Source: Vulcanimicrobiaceae bacterium
GTDB lineage: Bacteria; Verrucomicrobiota; Verrucomicrobiia; Limisphaerales; Palsa-1400
Direction: 5' to 3'
NCBI GenBank assembly: GCA_035511075.1
Contig: DATKFW010000108.1
Span: forward strand, 66,085-130,084
Length of the DNA stretch: 64,000 nt
The position numbers and the translations under genes were made by a program. The notes below the pieces were generated by a model. The model did no database searches and had not been told where the DNA came from. It saw only the letters and a program-made list of their open reading frames with translations. Shown here one piece after another: positions 35,367 through 46,200 of this stretch. Position 1 is the first letter of the stretch, and every line of letters starts with the position of its first letter.

Positions 35367-37830
35367 AAAGCGCCCGCTCGAAACTCCTGGCGCGGCGGGG
35401 ACGGCGTCCCTTTGCACAGGCCAGACCGGGACGCTGGTATCTCCGCCTGATTCTGCGACGCGGGGCGCGGGGTTTTCGTTCTCCTCACGCCTGCGGGGGT
35501 GGCTGTGGGGATTGCTGCTGGTGGTCGTCACAGTTCTCGCTTACCAGCCGGCTTGGAATGGCAAACCCATCTGGGACGACGCCGCACATCTGACCTATCC
35601 GGAACTTCGTTCGTTGAACGGACTGGTGCGCATCTGGACCGAACCTGGCGTGACGCAACAATATTATCCGATGGTTTCCAGCGTTTTTTGGGTCGAACAC
35701 AAACTCTGGGGCGATGCGACCCTGGGTTATCATCTGGTCAATATTTTGCTCCATGTCGCGGGCGCGTTGTTATTGCTGAAAATATTGCGGATGCTGCAAT
35801 TTCCGGCCGCTGGGCTGGCTGCGGCCCTATTCGCCCTTCACCCGGTTCAGGTCGAATCGGTGGCGTGGATGTCGGAACTCAAAAACACGCTCTCGGGGGT
35901 CTGTTATTTCGGGTCGGCGCTTGCGTACTTGCGGTTTGATCGGACCAGGAACAAGGGGGCGTATGCCGGCGCCTTGACACTTTTCGTGGCGGGCTTGCTG
36001 GCAAAAACCGTCATCGCCACGTTGCCCGCCGCGTTGCTGGTCGTTTTCTGGTGGCAACGGGGAAAACTGTCCTGGAAACAAGACGTGCTGCCGTTGATTC
36101 CGTTTCTGGCCGTGGGGATCACGGCGGGGTATTTCACCTCGTGGATGGAACGGGAGTACGTCGGCGCCCAGGGGTCCCAGTACAGTTTTTCCATCCTTGA
36201 GCGATTTCTGATTGCCGGTCGGGCCATCTGGTTTTATCTGGGGAAACTATTCTGGCCGGCGGATTTGATTTTTTCCTATCCTCGCTGGAAAATCAGTGCG
36301 ACAACAGGGTGGCAATACTTGTTTCCGGGAGGGGTGGCGCTGCTCCTGGGCGGGCTGTGGGTCATAAGGCGATGGGCGCGCGGACCTTTGGCGGCGCTGC
36401 TTTTCTTTATTGGAACGCTTTTCCCGGCGCTCGGTTTTGTGAACGTGTTTCCGTTCAAATATTCGTTCGTGGCGGACCATTTTCAGTATCTTGCCAGCAT
36501 CGGCGCCATCGCGGCGGCCAGTTTTGGAATTCACGCATTTTTTCGTGAGTTCGGAAAGCGGAGAGTGGTTGCGGAAAGGGCCTTTTGCGCAACACTGCTG
36601 GCGGTTCTGTGCGTATTGACCTGGCGTCAATGCCGGATGTACACCGACATTGAAACACTCTGGCAGACTACTATTGAGCGAAATCCCGATTGCTGGCTGG
36701 CCCAGGCCGACCTCGGCGCATATCTATATGAACACGGGCGGGTGGACCAGGCCATCATCCGGTTCCGAAGCTCGCTGGCGATTCAGCCTGACAATGCCGA
36801 AGGCCAAAACGATCTGGGCGCCGCACTTGATAAGAAGAGGCAATTCGACGAGGCCATCGTCCGATTCCAAAAGGCGCTGGCCCTGCGGCCCGACTTTGCC
36901 GAAGCCCATTGCAATCTTGGCAACGACCTTCTACGAAGAGGCCAGGTGGACCAGGCCATTCTTGAGTTCCAAAAGGCGGTGGCCATCCGGCCTGACTTCG
37001 CCCAACTTCATTTTATTCTTGGCAACGCCCTTCTTCAAAAAGGGCAGGTGGACGGGGCCATTACTGAGTTTCGGGCGGCGCTGGAGCTTCATCCCGACGA
37101 TGACCAGGCCCATTACAATCTGGGCATCGCGTTGCGCCAGGAAGGACAAAAGGACGAGGCCATTCTCGAGTTCCAAAAGGCGGCGGCCATCCGGCCTGAC
37201 TTTGCCGAGGCCCAAAACAATCTGGGAAACGCGCTGCTCCAGACCGGGCGCGTCGATGAAGCGATTGCGCATTTGCAAATGGCGCTGAAAATTCGTCCTG
37301 ACTACGCCCAGGCTCATTACAATCTGGGCAGCGCCCTTCTTCAAAAGAGGCGGGTGGACCAGGCTGTCGTAGAGTTTCAAAAATTGGCCTCCATCCAGCC
37401 TGAGTCTCCCGAAGCCCACACGAGCCTCGGCAATGCCCTTCTTCAAGCGGGCCAGATGGATGGCGCGGTCCTTCAATTTGAGAAAGCATTGGCGATCCTG
37501 CCCGGTTTTGCCGAAGCACAAGGGAACCTCGCCGGCATCGCCTGGCGGCTGGCGACCTCGCCCAACCCGTCCGTGCGCAATGGAACGGAGGCGGTTAAGT
37601 TGGCCCAGCAAACAGACCAGCTTGCCGGCGGCGGCAATCCGATGTTGGCGGCGATATTAGCGGCCGCCTACGCCGAAGCGGGACAGTTTAATGAAGCCGT
37701 GGCGACCGCCCGGCGCGCGTTGGAACTGGCCAACCGCCAGAACAGCACCGCAATGGTTTCTTCCATCCAGGCGGAACTCAAATGCTACCAGGCGGGATCC
37801 CCATTCCGCGACAAAGGCGGGGCTCCGTGA
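35353..37830 (+). CDS. TPR-repeat protein with N-terminal polytopic membrane domain (TMTC/PMT-like GT-C architecture)
   Basis: About 10 predicted TM helices in the first ~430 aa (KPIWDDAAHL loop motif). About 11 TPR units follow (AEAHCNLGNDLLRRGQVDQAILEFQKAVAIRPDFAQ and similar). ATG 35353 is preferred over TTG 35320. Confidence 0.75.
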   Translation: MKLTKKRPLETPGAAGTASLCTGQTGTLVSPPDSATRGAGFSFSSRLRGWLWGLLLVVVTVLAYQPAWNGKPIWDDAAHLTYPELRSLNGLVRIWTEPGVTQQYYPMVSSVFWVEHKLWGDATLGYHLVNILLHVAGALLLLKILRMLQFPAAGLAAALFALHPVQVESVAWMSELKNTLSGVCYFGSALAYLRFDRTRNKGAYAGALTLFVAGLLAKTVIATLPAALLVVFWWQRGKLSWKQDVLPLIPFLAVGITAGYFTSWMEREYVGAQGSQYSFSILERFLIAGRAIWFYLGKLFWPADLIFSYPRWKISATTGWQYLFPGGVALLLGGLWVIRRWARGPLAALLFFIGTLFPALGFVNVFPFKYSFVADHFQYLASIGAIAAASFGIHAFFREFGKRRVVAERAFCATLLAVLCVLTWRQCRMYTDIETLWQTTIERNPDCWLAQADLGAYLYEHGRVDQAIIRFRSSLAIQPDNAEGQNDLGAALDKKRQFDEAIVRFQKALALRPDFAEAHCNLGNDLLRRGQVDQAILEFQKAVAIRPDFAQLHFILGNALLQKGQVDGAITEFRAALELHPDDDQAHYNLGIALRQEGQKDEAILEFQKAAAIRPDFAEAQNNLGNALLQTGRVDEAIAHLQMALKIRPDYAQAHYNLGSALLQKRRVDQAVVEFQKLASIQPESPEAHTSLGNALLQAGQMDGAVLQFEKALAILPGFAEAQGNLAGIAWRLATSPNPSVRNGTEAVKLAQQTDQLAGGGNPMLAAILAAAYAEAGQFNEAVATARRALELANRQNSTAMVSSIQAELKCYQAGSPFRDKGGAP

Positions 37831-37891
37831 TGTTGCACCCCGCCGAAATTTCAGCTTGAAATTTCTCGACGAAGGGAGCACCAATCTTTCT

Positions 37892-38137
37892 ATGAAGAAG
37901 GTTTGCCCTTTGCTGATCGCGGCGCTGCTGCTGGCGGGGTGCGCGCACCGGTATGATATGGTGCTGACCAATGGCATCAAGGTGACCAATGTGACCAAGC
38001 CCGTGCTTAATACCGAATCCGGCCAGTATACCTATAAGGACGTCGCGGGCAATCAGCGGCGCGTCAGCCAGTCACGCGTTCTGGAAATCATGCCGCATTC
38101 CCACCGGAACGACGTGGACTCTTCAACTGGGCGGTGA
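37892..38137 (+). CDS. YgdI/YgdR-family small lipoprotein (DUF903)
   Basis: MKKVCPLLIAALLLAGC lipobox, then AHRYDMVLTNGIKVTNVTKPVLNTESGQYTYKDVAGNQRRVSQSRVLEI. The track ORF (37691..) carries a non-coding-looking N-terminal extension. Confidence 0.7.
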   Translation: MKKVCPLLIAALLLAGCAHRYDMVLTNGIKVTNVTKPVLNTESGQYTYKDVAGNQRRVSQSRVLEIMPHSHRNDVDSSTGR

Positions 38138-38726
38138 CAAACCGCTCGACAAATTTGCCCAGCATGTCGGTCTCCAGGTTGACCGCATCGCCAACCCGCC
38201 GTTCGCTTAGAGCGGTAAGAGCGCGCGTGTGTGGAATGATCCAGACCTCGAAATTCTTGCGCCGCACGGCCGCGATCGTGAGACTGATGCCGTCCACCGC
38301 GATCGACCCTTTGAAAACGAGGTATCGCATGATTTCGGGCGGCGCGGCAACTTCCAGAAGATAATCTTTGCCCGCCTGCTCCCATCGGCGGATTTTTCCC
38401 AGATTGTCGATGTGGCCGCTGACGAAGTGGCCGCTCAAGCGGTCGCCGACGCGCAAGGCCCGCTCAAGATTGACTGCCGCGCCCGGCCCGGCAAATTGCA
38501 GATTGGTGCGCCGCCACGTCTCCTCCAATACGCCGAATTGGAGAAGTTTCCCTCGCGCCCGCGCGCGAATTTTCTCGACGGTGAGACAACAGCCGTTGAC
38601 CGCCAGGCTGTCGCCCGCTTTGAGGCCGCGCGCGCAAAGTTTCGCGCGCACCCACAGTCCGATTCCGCCCGGCCCCGGCCGAATGGCGTGGACCCGCGCC
38701 GTCTCTTCAACAATTCCGGTAAACAT
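38088..38726 (-). CDS. ribE: Riboflavin synthase (alpha chain)
   Basis: MFTGIVEETARV..., two lumazine-binding repeats (GDSLAVNGCCLTV and GSIAVDGISLTI). Confidence 0.9.
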   Translation of the reverse strand: MFTGIVEETARVHAIRPGPGGIGLWVRAKLCARGLKAGDSLAVNGCCLTVEKIRARARGKLLQFGVLEETWRRTNLQFAGPGAAVNLERALRVGDRLSGHFVSGHIDNLGKIRRWEQAGKDYLLEVAAPPEIMRYLVFKGSIAVDGISLTIAAVRRKNFEVWIIPHTRALTALSERRVGDAVNLETDMLGKFVERFVTAQLKSPRRSGGNAA

Positions 38727-38727
38727 A

Positions 38728-39873
38728 TCAATAGTGCCGCGCCCTTGTATTGACGCGAGCGGTCAATAACAAATCAGTCCCCAGCCGGCGCCACGCCGCT
38801 TCGCGCAAGGCGATGCCATTTGCCGCTCGCGGAACGCCGACGCCGCCAACCGCTTTGGGCGCGGCCCGTCCGCCAAGGACCATCGGCGCGTAAAAGAAGG
38901 CGATGCGCTGCGCCAGTCCGGCGGCCAGAAACCCGGCGTTGGTTTCGCCTCCACCTTCAACCAGCAGACTCGTGATGTTCTCACGGCCCAGCGTGCGAAG
39001 CAGCCAGCGCAAGTCAATGACCCCGTTTCGGGCCGGCGCCTCAAGCACGCGGACTCGCGCGGAGAACGCCTCCACGCGCCGTTTCGGCGCGGCCCGTGTC
39101 ACCACCAGCGTGGTCAACGGCGCAACGGCGTCGGAAAAAACGTTTGCCTCCAGGGGCGAGCGGGCGCGGGGGTCCAGAATGATCCGCCGCAGTGCCTTGT
39201 CGGCGAATCCCGGAAGCCGCGCGGTCAGACTCGGATTGTCCCGCGCAATCGTATTGACGCCGACCAGAATGGCGTCCGCTCCGGCGCGCAATCTCATGCC
39301 CCAGGCGCGTGCTTTCTCGCCCGTGATCCATTTGGATTGCCCGCTGGCGGCGGCGATTTTCCCATCCAGCGACATCGCGGCCTTGACTATCACAAAAGGA
39401 GTTTTGCGCACGATCCAATGATTAAACCCCTCGTTCAATTCCTCGGCCTCCTGGCACAGCAAACCGGCGTCGGCCGCGATGCCGGCGCGGCGCAAAATCT
39501 CAAATCCTTTGCCGCTGTGCGCGGGGTTCGGGTCCCGCGCCGCCGCCACGACGCGGCGGATGCCGGCGGCGATGATGGCATCGGTGCAGGGGGGTGTGCG
39601 GCCATGCGTGCAACACGGTTCGAGAGTCACAAACAGCGTCGCGCCGCGCGCATTGTATCCCGATCCGGATAGGGCTTCAATTTCCGCGTGAAACCCGCCG
39701 GCCCGCCGATGCCAGCCCTTGCCGATGACGGCGCCATCGCGCACCAGAACGGCTCCGACCATCGGATTGGGCGAGGTGCGTCCGAAGCCGCGTCGAGCCA
39801 GGCGCAACGCCACACGCATGAAATCAAGATCGGACGGCGCCGACGTTTGGGCATTGGACTTCGCGAGTTTCAC
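38728..39873 (-). CDS. ribD: Bifunctional diaminohydroxyphosphoribosylaminopyrimidine deaminase / 5-amino-6-(5-phosphoribosylamino)uracil reductase
   Basis: Deaminase zinc motifs HAEIEAL and PCCTHGRTPPC. C-terminal RibD_C reductase domain (SLDGKIA, LLVEGGG). Confidence 0.9.
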   Translation of the reverse strand: MKLAKSNAQTSAPSDLDFMRVALRLARRGFGRTSPNPMVGAVLVRDGAVIGKGWHRRAGGFHAEIEALSGSGYNARGATLFVTLEPCCTHGRTPPCTDAIIAAGIRRVVAAARDPNPAHSGKGFEILRRAGIAADAGLLCQEAEELNEGFNHWIVRKTPFVIVKAAMSLDGKIAAASGQSKWITGEKARAWGMRLRAGADAILVGVNTIARDNPSLTARLPGFADKALRRIILDPRARSPLEANVFSDAVAPLTTLVVTRAAPKRRVEAFSARVRVLEAPARNGVIDLRWLLRTLGRENITSLLVEGGGETNAGFLAAGLAQRIAFFYAPMVLGGRAAPKAVGGVGVPRAANGIALREAAWRRLGTDLLLTARVNTRARHY

Positions 39874-39978
39874 GCGCTTTTTCTACCACGAAGCCCGCGA
39901 CAAATGCCAGAGTGGTTGTGATGCCGGCACCAGGAATCAATTCTCGCCTCGCGCGGGCCAGCCTGCTAAATCCTTCGC

Positions 39979-40467
39979 GTGAGTATTCGACCAAGCGACC
40001 AGGACCTGGGATTCATGCAGGCTGCCATTGAGCTGGCCGCCGAAAATATGCGGGCCAGGAAAGGAGGGCCGTTCGGCGCCTTGATCACGCGCGGAAGCGA
40101 AATCGTCGCCCGCGGCTCGAACAATGTCGTCCGCTCCAACGATCCCACGGCCCATGCTGAAATAAGCGCGATTCGCGCGGCGGCGACGGCGCTGGGTTCC
40201 TTTCAATTGCGCGGCTGCGTGCTTTACACCAGTTGTGAGCCGTGCCCGATGTGCCTTGGGGCCGCGTACTGGGCGCGGGTGGATCGCCTGGTCTTCGCCG
40301 CCAATCGTCGCGACGCCGCGGAGGCGGGGTTCGATGACGAGCGCATTTACGATGAATTGGCGCGGCCTCCGTTTTCACGCGAACTGCCGACTCAACAGGC
40401 GTTGCGGGAAAAAGCGGTGGCGGTCCTGGCCGAGTGGCGCCGGATGCCGGACAAAATCCCCTATTGA
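39979..40467 (+). CDS. CDA-fold nucleoside/guanine deaminase
   Basis: HAEISAIRAA and PCPMCLGAAYWA zinc-binding motifs. The ~160-aa size and N-terminus (FMQAAIELAAENMRARKGGPFGALI) resemble bacterial guanine deaminases. Substrate not certain. Confidence 0.7.
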   Translation: MSIRPSDQDLGFMQAAIELAAENMRARKGGPFGALITRGSEIVARGSNNVVRSNDPTAHAEISAIRAAATALGSFQLRGCVLYTSCEPCPMCLGAAYWARVDRLVFAANRRDAAEAGFDDERIYDELARPPFSRELPTQQALREKAVAVLAEWRRMPDKIPY

Positions 40468-41963
40468 CGAGCGCCGGCGTAATCGACTTTTTGAAGAGGG
40501 GCCACGCCGTTGGTCATCATAGGGTTGTTCGGCTTCCAACCGCCGCCCAGGGCCTTGATGAGCATGACGGTCGTCACGAGACGTTGCCCGTTCAATTCGT
40601 ACGCCGCGATCTCATTTTCCAACATGGTTCTGTCGTTTATCACGACTTCGAAATAGCTGGCCAAACCCTCCTTGTAGCGCAGCCGTGAAAGGTCGGCCAC
40701 TTGCTTGGCGGCATCCACCGCGCGCATTTGCGCGTTGAACTGTTCTTCAAGCAAGTGCAATCCGACCAGGCCGTCCTCGACCTCATGGAATGCCACCAGG
40801 ACCTGCGAGCGATATTGCGCGATGGCCTCCTGGTAGGCTGCCTTGGACTGCTGCAAGCCAGCGCGATTTCGGCCGCCTTCAAACAGAGGAAGGGTGATGT
40901 TTGGGCCGAAGCTCCACGCCCGGCTTTCCCAACTGAAAATATCACGCAGATCCACGCTTTCCGTCCCGGCGGTGGCCGTCAATTGGATGGCGGGAAAGAA
41001 GGCCGCCTTGGCAATGCCGATGCCCTCGCTTGCGGCCGCCATGGAACGTTCCGCCTCGGCCACATCGGGCCGCCTTTCGAGCAAGTCCGCGGGCAGGCCC
41101 ACGGGAATCCGAGGGGGCCGGTAAAATCGGGAGGTTTCCGCCAGTGAAAAAGTGGAGGCCATCTGCCCGCAGAAAACGGCCAGCGAATTTTCGAGTTGGG
41201 CTCGTTGCAGATCCAGGCCCACCAGGTCCGCCTGCGCCGAGGCCAGTTCCGTTTGGGCCTCCGCCAAATCCACCGCGCTGTCAGCGCCGCCGCGGTGAAG
41301 GGATTCAACCAGGGTAAGATTTTTTTGGCGCAGATCAATGGTCTGGGCCACCACGCGCCGGTCCAGGTCAACCGACCGAATCATGAAATACGTCTGGGCG
41401 ACGTCCGCCTGGAGAGAGAGCAACACGTTCTGGTAGGCCGCGGCGCTGCCCTGGGCCTGCTCGCGCGCGGCGCGGAAGGAGCGGCGGACGCGCCCCCAAA
41501 GATCGACCTCATAACTCAAATCCAGGGGAAGAAAAAAGTCGTTCCCGGTGTAGCCAATCGCCGGTGGTCCCGGTTCCGTCGTGCGGTTTGCGGAATAATG
41601 GGTGCGGTTGCCATTCGGATCCAGGCTCAAGCCGGGATAAAGGTCTGCCCTGGTGATGCGCGCGACGGCGCGGGCCTGTTCGACGCGCTCGAAGGCGGCC
41701 TGTATGTCCGGGCTATTGGTGGTGGCTTCCAGTTCCAGGCCCGTGAGCACCGGATCATCAAAAACTTCCCAAAAATTCTGTTTGATCTCCGCGTCCCGGG
41801 GATGGCCTTCCTTCCAGGGCGCCTGCGTCTTCCAGTCAACAGGAACGTTGGTGTGGGGCGGGCCGTGGTAGTCAGGCCCCACGGCGCAACCAGACATTAC
41901 CCATGCGCACAAGAATGCGCTCACGCCGACCCAGCCCAGCCGTCTGGGGCAAATTTCAGTCAT
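40461..41963 (-). CDS. RND efflux outer-membrane factor lipoprotein (NodT family)
   Basis: ATG 41963 gives MTEICPRRLGWVGVSAFLCAWVMSGCAVGPDY (lipobox). Two OEP repeats. The start overlaps the adaptor gene's stop by 8 nt. Confidence 0.85.
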   Translation of the reverse strand: MTEICPRRLGWVGVSAFLCAWVMSGCAVGPDYHGPPHTNVPVDWKTQAPWKEGHPRDAEIKQNFWEVFDDPVLTGLELEATTNSPDIQAAFERVEQARAVARITRADLYPGLSLDPNGNRTHYSANRTTEPGPPAIGYTGNDFFLPLDLSYEVDLWGRVRRSFRAAREQAQGSAAAYQNVLLSLQADVAQTYFMIRSVDLDRRVVAQTIDLRQKNLTLVESLHRGGADSAVDLAEAQTELASAQADLVGLDLQRAQLENSLAVFCGQMASTFSLAETSRFYRPPRIPVGLPADLLERRPDVAEAERSMAAASEGIGIAKAAFFPAIQLTATAGTESVDLRDIFSWESRAWSFGPNITLPLFEGGRNRAGLQQSKAAYQEAIAQYRSQVLVAFHEVEDGLVGLHLLEEQFNAQMRAVDAAKQVADLSRLRYKEGLASYFEVVINDRTMLENEIAAYELNGQRLVTTVMLIKALGGGWKPNNPMMTNGVAPLQKVDYAGARQ

Positions 41964-43203
41964 GGTCCGGTTTGGCGGCGTCCGTCCCAGATTTGGCGAT
42001 CCGCACCTTGATGCCTGCAGCGAGAGAATCGGATGGGTTGAGTATGACGTTGTCGGTTTGCGAGATGCCATCTACGATTTCCACCGTCGTGCCGTAATCG
42101 CGCCCCACTGTCACATCGGCCAGGCGGACGATTCCGTTGGAATCAACCAGGCCCACTTGCACGCCCTGGTCATTGCGGAAGAGCAGGGTGTTGACCGGCA
42201 CCACCACGGGATCAACTCCCGTTGTCAGGCCCACCTGCACCATCGTGTGGGCCCCGGGAAATAGCTTTCCATCGTGGTTGGACACCAATATTTCGGTCAA
42301 AAGAGTGCGGGAGACCGGATCAATCGCACCCGCCGTGCGGTCCACCCTTCCTGTGAAGGTTTGGCCGGGCAGTTCGGTAAATCTCAGGATCGCCACGTCG
42401 TTCGACTTGACCATCTGGCTGTAGGCTTGCGGCAGGCTGACATAGACCCGCAACGGATCGGTCCTGGCCAGGCGGAAGATTTCCCGGGACGATCCAGCCG
42501 TGATGAGGGTGCCGGCGTCCATGGTTCGAACGGTGATGATGCCGGGGAATGGCGCCACCAGCTTTTTGAAATTGGACAGTTCCTTCAGGCGTTGGACATT
42601 GGCCTCCTGCGCCTGCACACTCGCCTGGCTGGCATGCCAGGTTGCCACCCGGACGTCGGTGTCCTGTTGTGACACGGAGTCGCTCTTGCGCAACGTTTGC
42701 CAGCGCTCGGCCGAAATGCGGGCGATTTCCAGGTTGGCATTGGCCAGTGCCAGGGCGGCGTTGGCCTGGTTGAGTTCCTGGTCCAGTTCAGGCGTTTCGA
42801 TTTCCGCCAGCGGTTGCCCCGTCGTCACGCGCGTTCCGATGTCAGTGAACCAATGTTTGAGATAACCGCTAACCCGCGCGTAAATCGGCGCCTCCTCAAA
42901 CGACGTGATGTCCCCGGGCAGTTCAAGCTGGATTTGCGCTGGGGTGCGCTTCGGGTGGATGACGCTCACGGTGGGAATGATATTCTCGATGGTCTCGCTC
43001 TCCAGTTCGGCGCGCGCGCGCGATCGCGACAGAATCGTAAACGCGGCTGCGATCACCAACAACACGCCAAGACCCCCCAGCACGAACAACGGTGCCCTGC
43101 CGGCAGGCGCCGGCGGAGCGCCGACCGCGCCTCCCAACTCCGCCCCGTGTGGCGTTGTCGCGGGGGCCTGAGCGGTGTCGTGCGCTGATTCCAGTTGATT
43201 CAT
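41956..43203 (-). CDS. RND efflux periplasmic adaptor (membrane fusion protein)
   Basis: N-terminal TM helix, lipoyl/hairpin region (SGYLKHWFTDIGTRVTTGQPLAEIETPELDQEL...) and beta-barrel domains. Confidence 0.85.
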   Translation of the reverse strand: MNQLESAHDTAQAPATTPHGAELGGAVGAPPAPAGRAPLFVLGGLGVLLVIAAAFTILSRSRARAELESETIENIIPTVSVIHPKRTPAQIQLELPGDITSFEEAPIYARVSGYLKHWFTDIGTRVTTGQPLAEIETPELDQELNQANAALALANANLEIARISAERWQTLRKSDSVSQQDTDVRVATWHASQASVQAQEANVQRLKELSNFKKLVAPFPGIITVRTMDAGTLITAGSSREIFRLARTDPLRVYVSLPQAYSQMVKSNDVAILRFTELPGQTFTGRVDRTAGAIDPVSRTLLTEILVSNHDGKLFPGAHTMVQVGLTTGVDPVVVPVNTLLFRNDQGVQVGLVDSNGIVRLADVTVGRDYGTTVEIVDGISQTDNVILNPSDSLAAGIKVRIAKSGTDAAKPDHD

Positions 43204-43208
43204 AAATT

Positions 43209-46200
43209 CTAAGTTGTCTGGGCAGTTTCCATATTGGCCGCGCCGTGTTCTCCAACGTCACTCCGGCTTCGGATCATGCAAAAAACCACCGGGACAAAAA
43301 AAAGCGTCGCGACTGTCGCAAACAGCAGCCCGCCGATCACCGCCCGGCCCAGAGGCGCATTCTGCTCGCCGCCTTCCCCCAGGCCCAGCGCCATCGGGAC
43401 CATGCCAATGATCATCGCCAGCGCCGTCATGACCACAGGGCGCAACCGGATGTAACCGGCATCCAACGAAGCGGTGAAGGCATCGCGGGTTTCGGCCAGG
43501 CGCTCTTTGGCAAAGGTGACCACAAGGATACTATTGGCGGTGGCAACTCCGATGCTCATGACCGCGCCCATCAGAGAAGGTACGTTAAGCGTCGTGCGCG
43601 TCAAGAACAGCATCCAGACAATCCCGCACAACGCGCCCGGCAGCGCCGTGATGATGATGAACGGATCGCTCCAGGATTGGAAGTTGATGACAATGAGCAA
43701 ATAGACAAGCGCAATGGCGAATAGCAGGCCGAATCCCAGGCCAAGGAAGGAAGACTTCATTGTCTCGACCTGCCCCCGCACAATGATGGAGCTGCCGCGC
43801 GGAAGTTTTTTGTCGGCGGATTTGACGATCTTGTCAAAGCTCTTGGCCACCCCGCCCAGGTCACGGCCCTGGACATCGCCGTAAACGTCAATGACAGGCT
43901 GGATGTTGTAATGGCTCACCACGTCTTGTTCGTTCCCCCGGCTGATGGTGGCTAGATTGCCCAGCAACTGAGGTACCGCCCCGCTTGGCCCGGTCACGGG
44001 GATTCCGGCCAGTGCCTGCAAGGTATCCAGACGGTATTGGGGCACTTGCGACGCCACCTGGTAGCTCACGCCGTTGGCTGGATTGAGATAAAACGAGGGC
44101 GCAGTCTGAAAACTCCCGCTCAGCGCGACTAACAGGCTCGAGGCCACATCCCGCTGCGTAAACCCGACCTCCTGGACTTTGGTGCGGTCGGTCGTGACTT
44201 CCAAACTGGGCAGATCGAAGGACTGCTGGACGTGCACGTCCACCGCGCCAGGGATTTCGCGGACCTGCCGGGCAATTTCGGTTGCAATGTGGTAATTGGC
44301 CACCTGGTCGTGGCCAACGACTTGAATGTCAATGGGGGAGGGCAACCCGAAGTTCAAGACCTGGCTGACGATGTCGGCGGGTTGAAAAAAGAAGGAGACT
44401 CCCGGGAAGTCCACGTTAAGATCGTGACGGAGTTTTCGAACGTAGCCCTCGGTGGGATGGTGCTTTTCCTGATTGAGCGAGATGAGAATTTCGGCATCGA
44501 AGGAGCCGATGGTCCCGCCATTGTTGTAGGAAACGTTGATGCCGCTGGTGGGCAGTCCAATATTATCGACGATGGTGTCCAGCTCCTTGGGCGGAATGGT
44601 CCGCCGGATGACCTCCTCGACGTGATCGCACAGAGCCGCCGTTTCCTCCACGCGCGTGCCTGTTTTGGCCCGGACATGGAGTCGCATCTGGCCGGCATCC
44701 ACCTTTGGGAAAAAATCCTGGCCGAGAAACGGGGTCAAAAGGCACGAAGCCGCGCAGAAGGCCAGGAAGCAAATGGCGAAAAGCCCGCGGTGATGCAGGC
44801 ACGCGTTGAGCCAGCTTCGGTAGACGCTTCTCAACCGCTCAAAGCCGGTTTCAAACCTGGCGTGGAACCGGCCAAACCAGCCTCTGGCTTCCGTGCCGGT
44901 ATCGTGCACGTGATGGCGGAGAAAATACATCACAAGCGTCGGCACCACGGTGCGCGAAAGCAGATAAGAGGCCAGCATGGCGAAAACCACCGCCTCGGCC
45001 AATGGCACAAAAAGGTATCGGGCCGTGCCGGTCAGAAAGAACATGGGGACGAAAACGATGCAAATGCACAGTGTCGAGACGAAGGCCGGCACTGCAATTT
45101 GCGCGGCGCCGTCCAGGATCGCAGTGCGCAGTTCCTTGCCTTGGCGGAGGTTCCGTTCGATATTTTCGATTTCCACCGTCGCATCATCCACCAGGATGCC
45201 CACCGCCAGCGCCAATCCTCCCAACGTCATGATGTTCATCGTTTCCCCAAGGGCGCTAAGCGTGATGATCGAACAGAGGATGGCCAGAGGAATTGAAATA
45301 ACGATGACAAAGGTCGTCCGCCAATTTCCCAGAAAAACCAGAATCATGATGGCCGTGAGGCAGGCGGCGATGACCGCTTCCCTGATCACCGATTGGATGG
45401 CGGCCCGCACGAACAAGGACTGATCCAGCAAGGTGTGGATTTCCAATTCGGGCGGCAGAGTTTTAGCCACTTGCGGCACGGCTTTCTTGATGCGGGCCAC
45501 AATATCCAGCGTGGAGGCGGCTCCAGACTTGATGATCGTCAAGAGCGAGGCCCGGACGCCATCACTGCGCACAATGTTTTGTTGGACCGCGAAGCCGTCG
45601 CGCACGTGCGCAACGTCCCGGATATAGATCATGTGGCCGTTGATTTCTTTGAGCGGGATGTCATTGAGTTCCTTGATCGAGTCCGGACTGCCGTTGAGTT
45701 CCACGGCGTATTCGGCGCTTCCGATCTTCTCCGACCCTGCCGGAAGGATCAGGTTTTCGGCGCCAATGGCGTTAACGACATCGTTGGGCGAGAGGCCCTT
45801 CCCGTTCAACGCCGAGATGTCGATGTCCACCATGATCTGGCGCACCTTCCCTCCGTAAGGGTTGGGCATGGCGGCCCCTTGCACCGTGGCCAGGCCGACG
45901 CGAAGGAAATTCGCCCCCAGGTCGTTGACCACCGATTCCGAAAGCGTTCTGCTGCTCAAACTCAGTTGCAAAATGGGAACGCTGGACGCGTTGTAAGTAA
46001 TGATAAGGGGCGGCGTAATTCCGGGCGGCAGGCTGCGAACGCTCGCCTGGCAAATCGCGGTAATTTGCGCGATCGCCATGTCAATCTTCACGTTCGGATG
46101 GAAAAACACCTTGATCACACCCATGCCGTTAAGGGACTGGGACTCGATGTGCTCGATGTCATTAACGGTGGTGGTCAGCCCGCGCTCGCTGGGGGTCACA

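Noticed and set aside
39874-39978. Possible FMN riboswitch upstream of ribD
   Set aside because: The divergent intergenic region is only 105 nt, and I cannot find the conserved RFN core segments.
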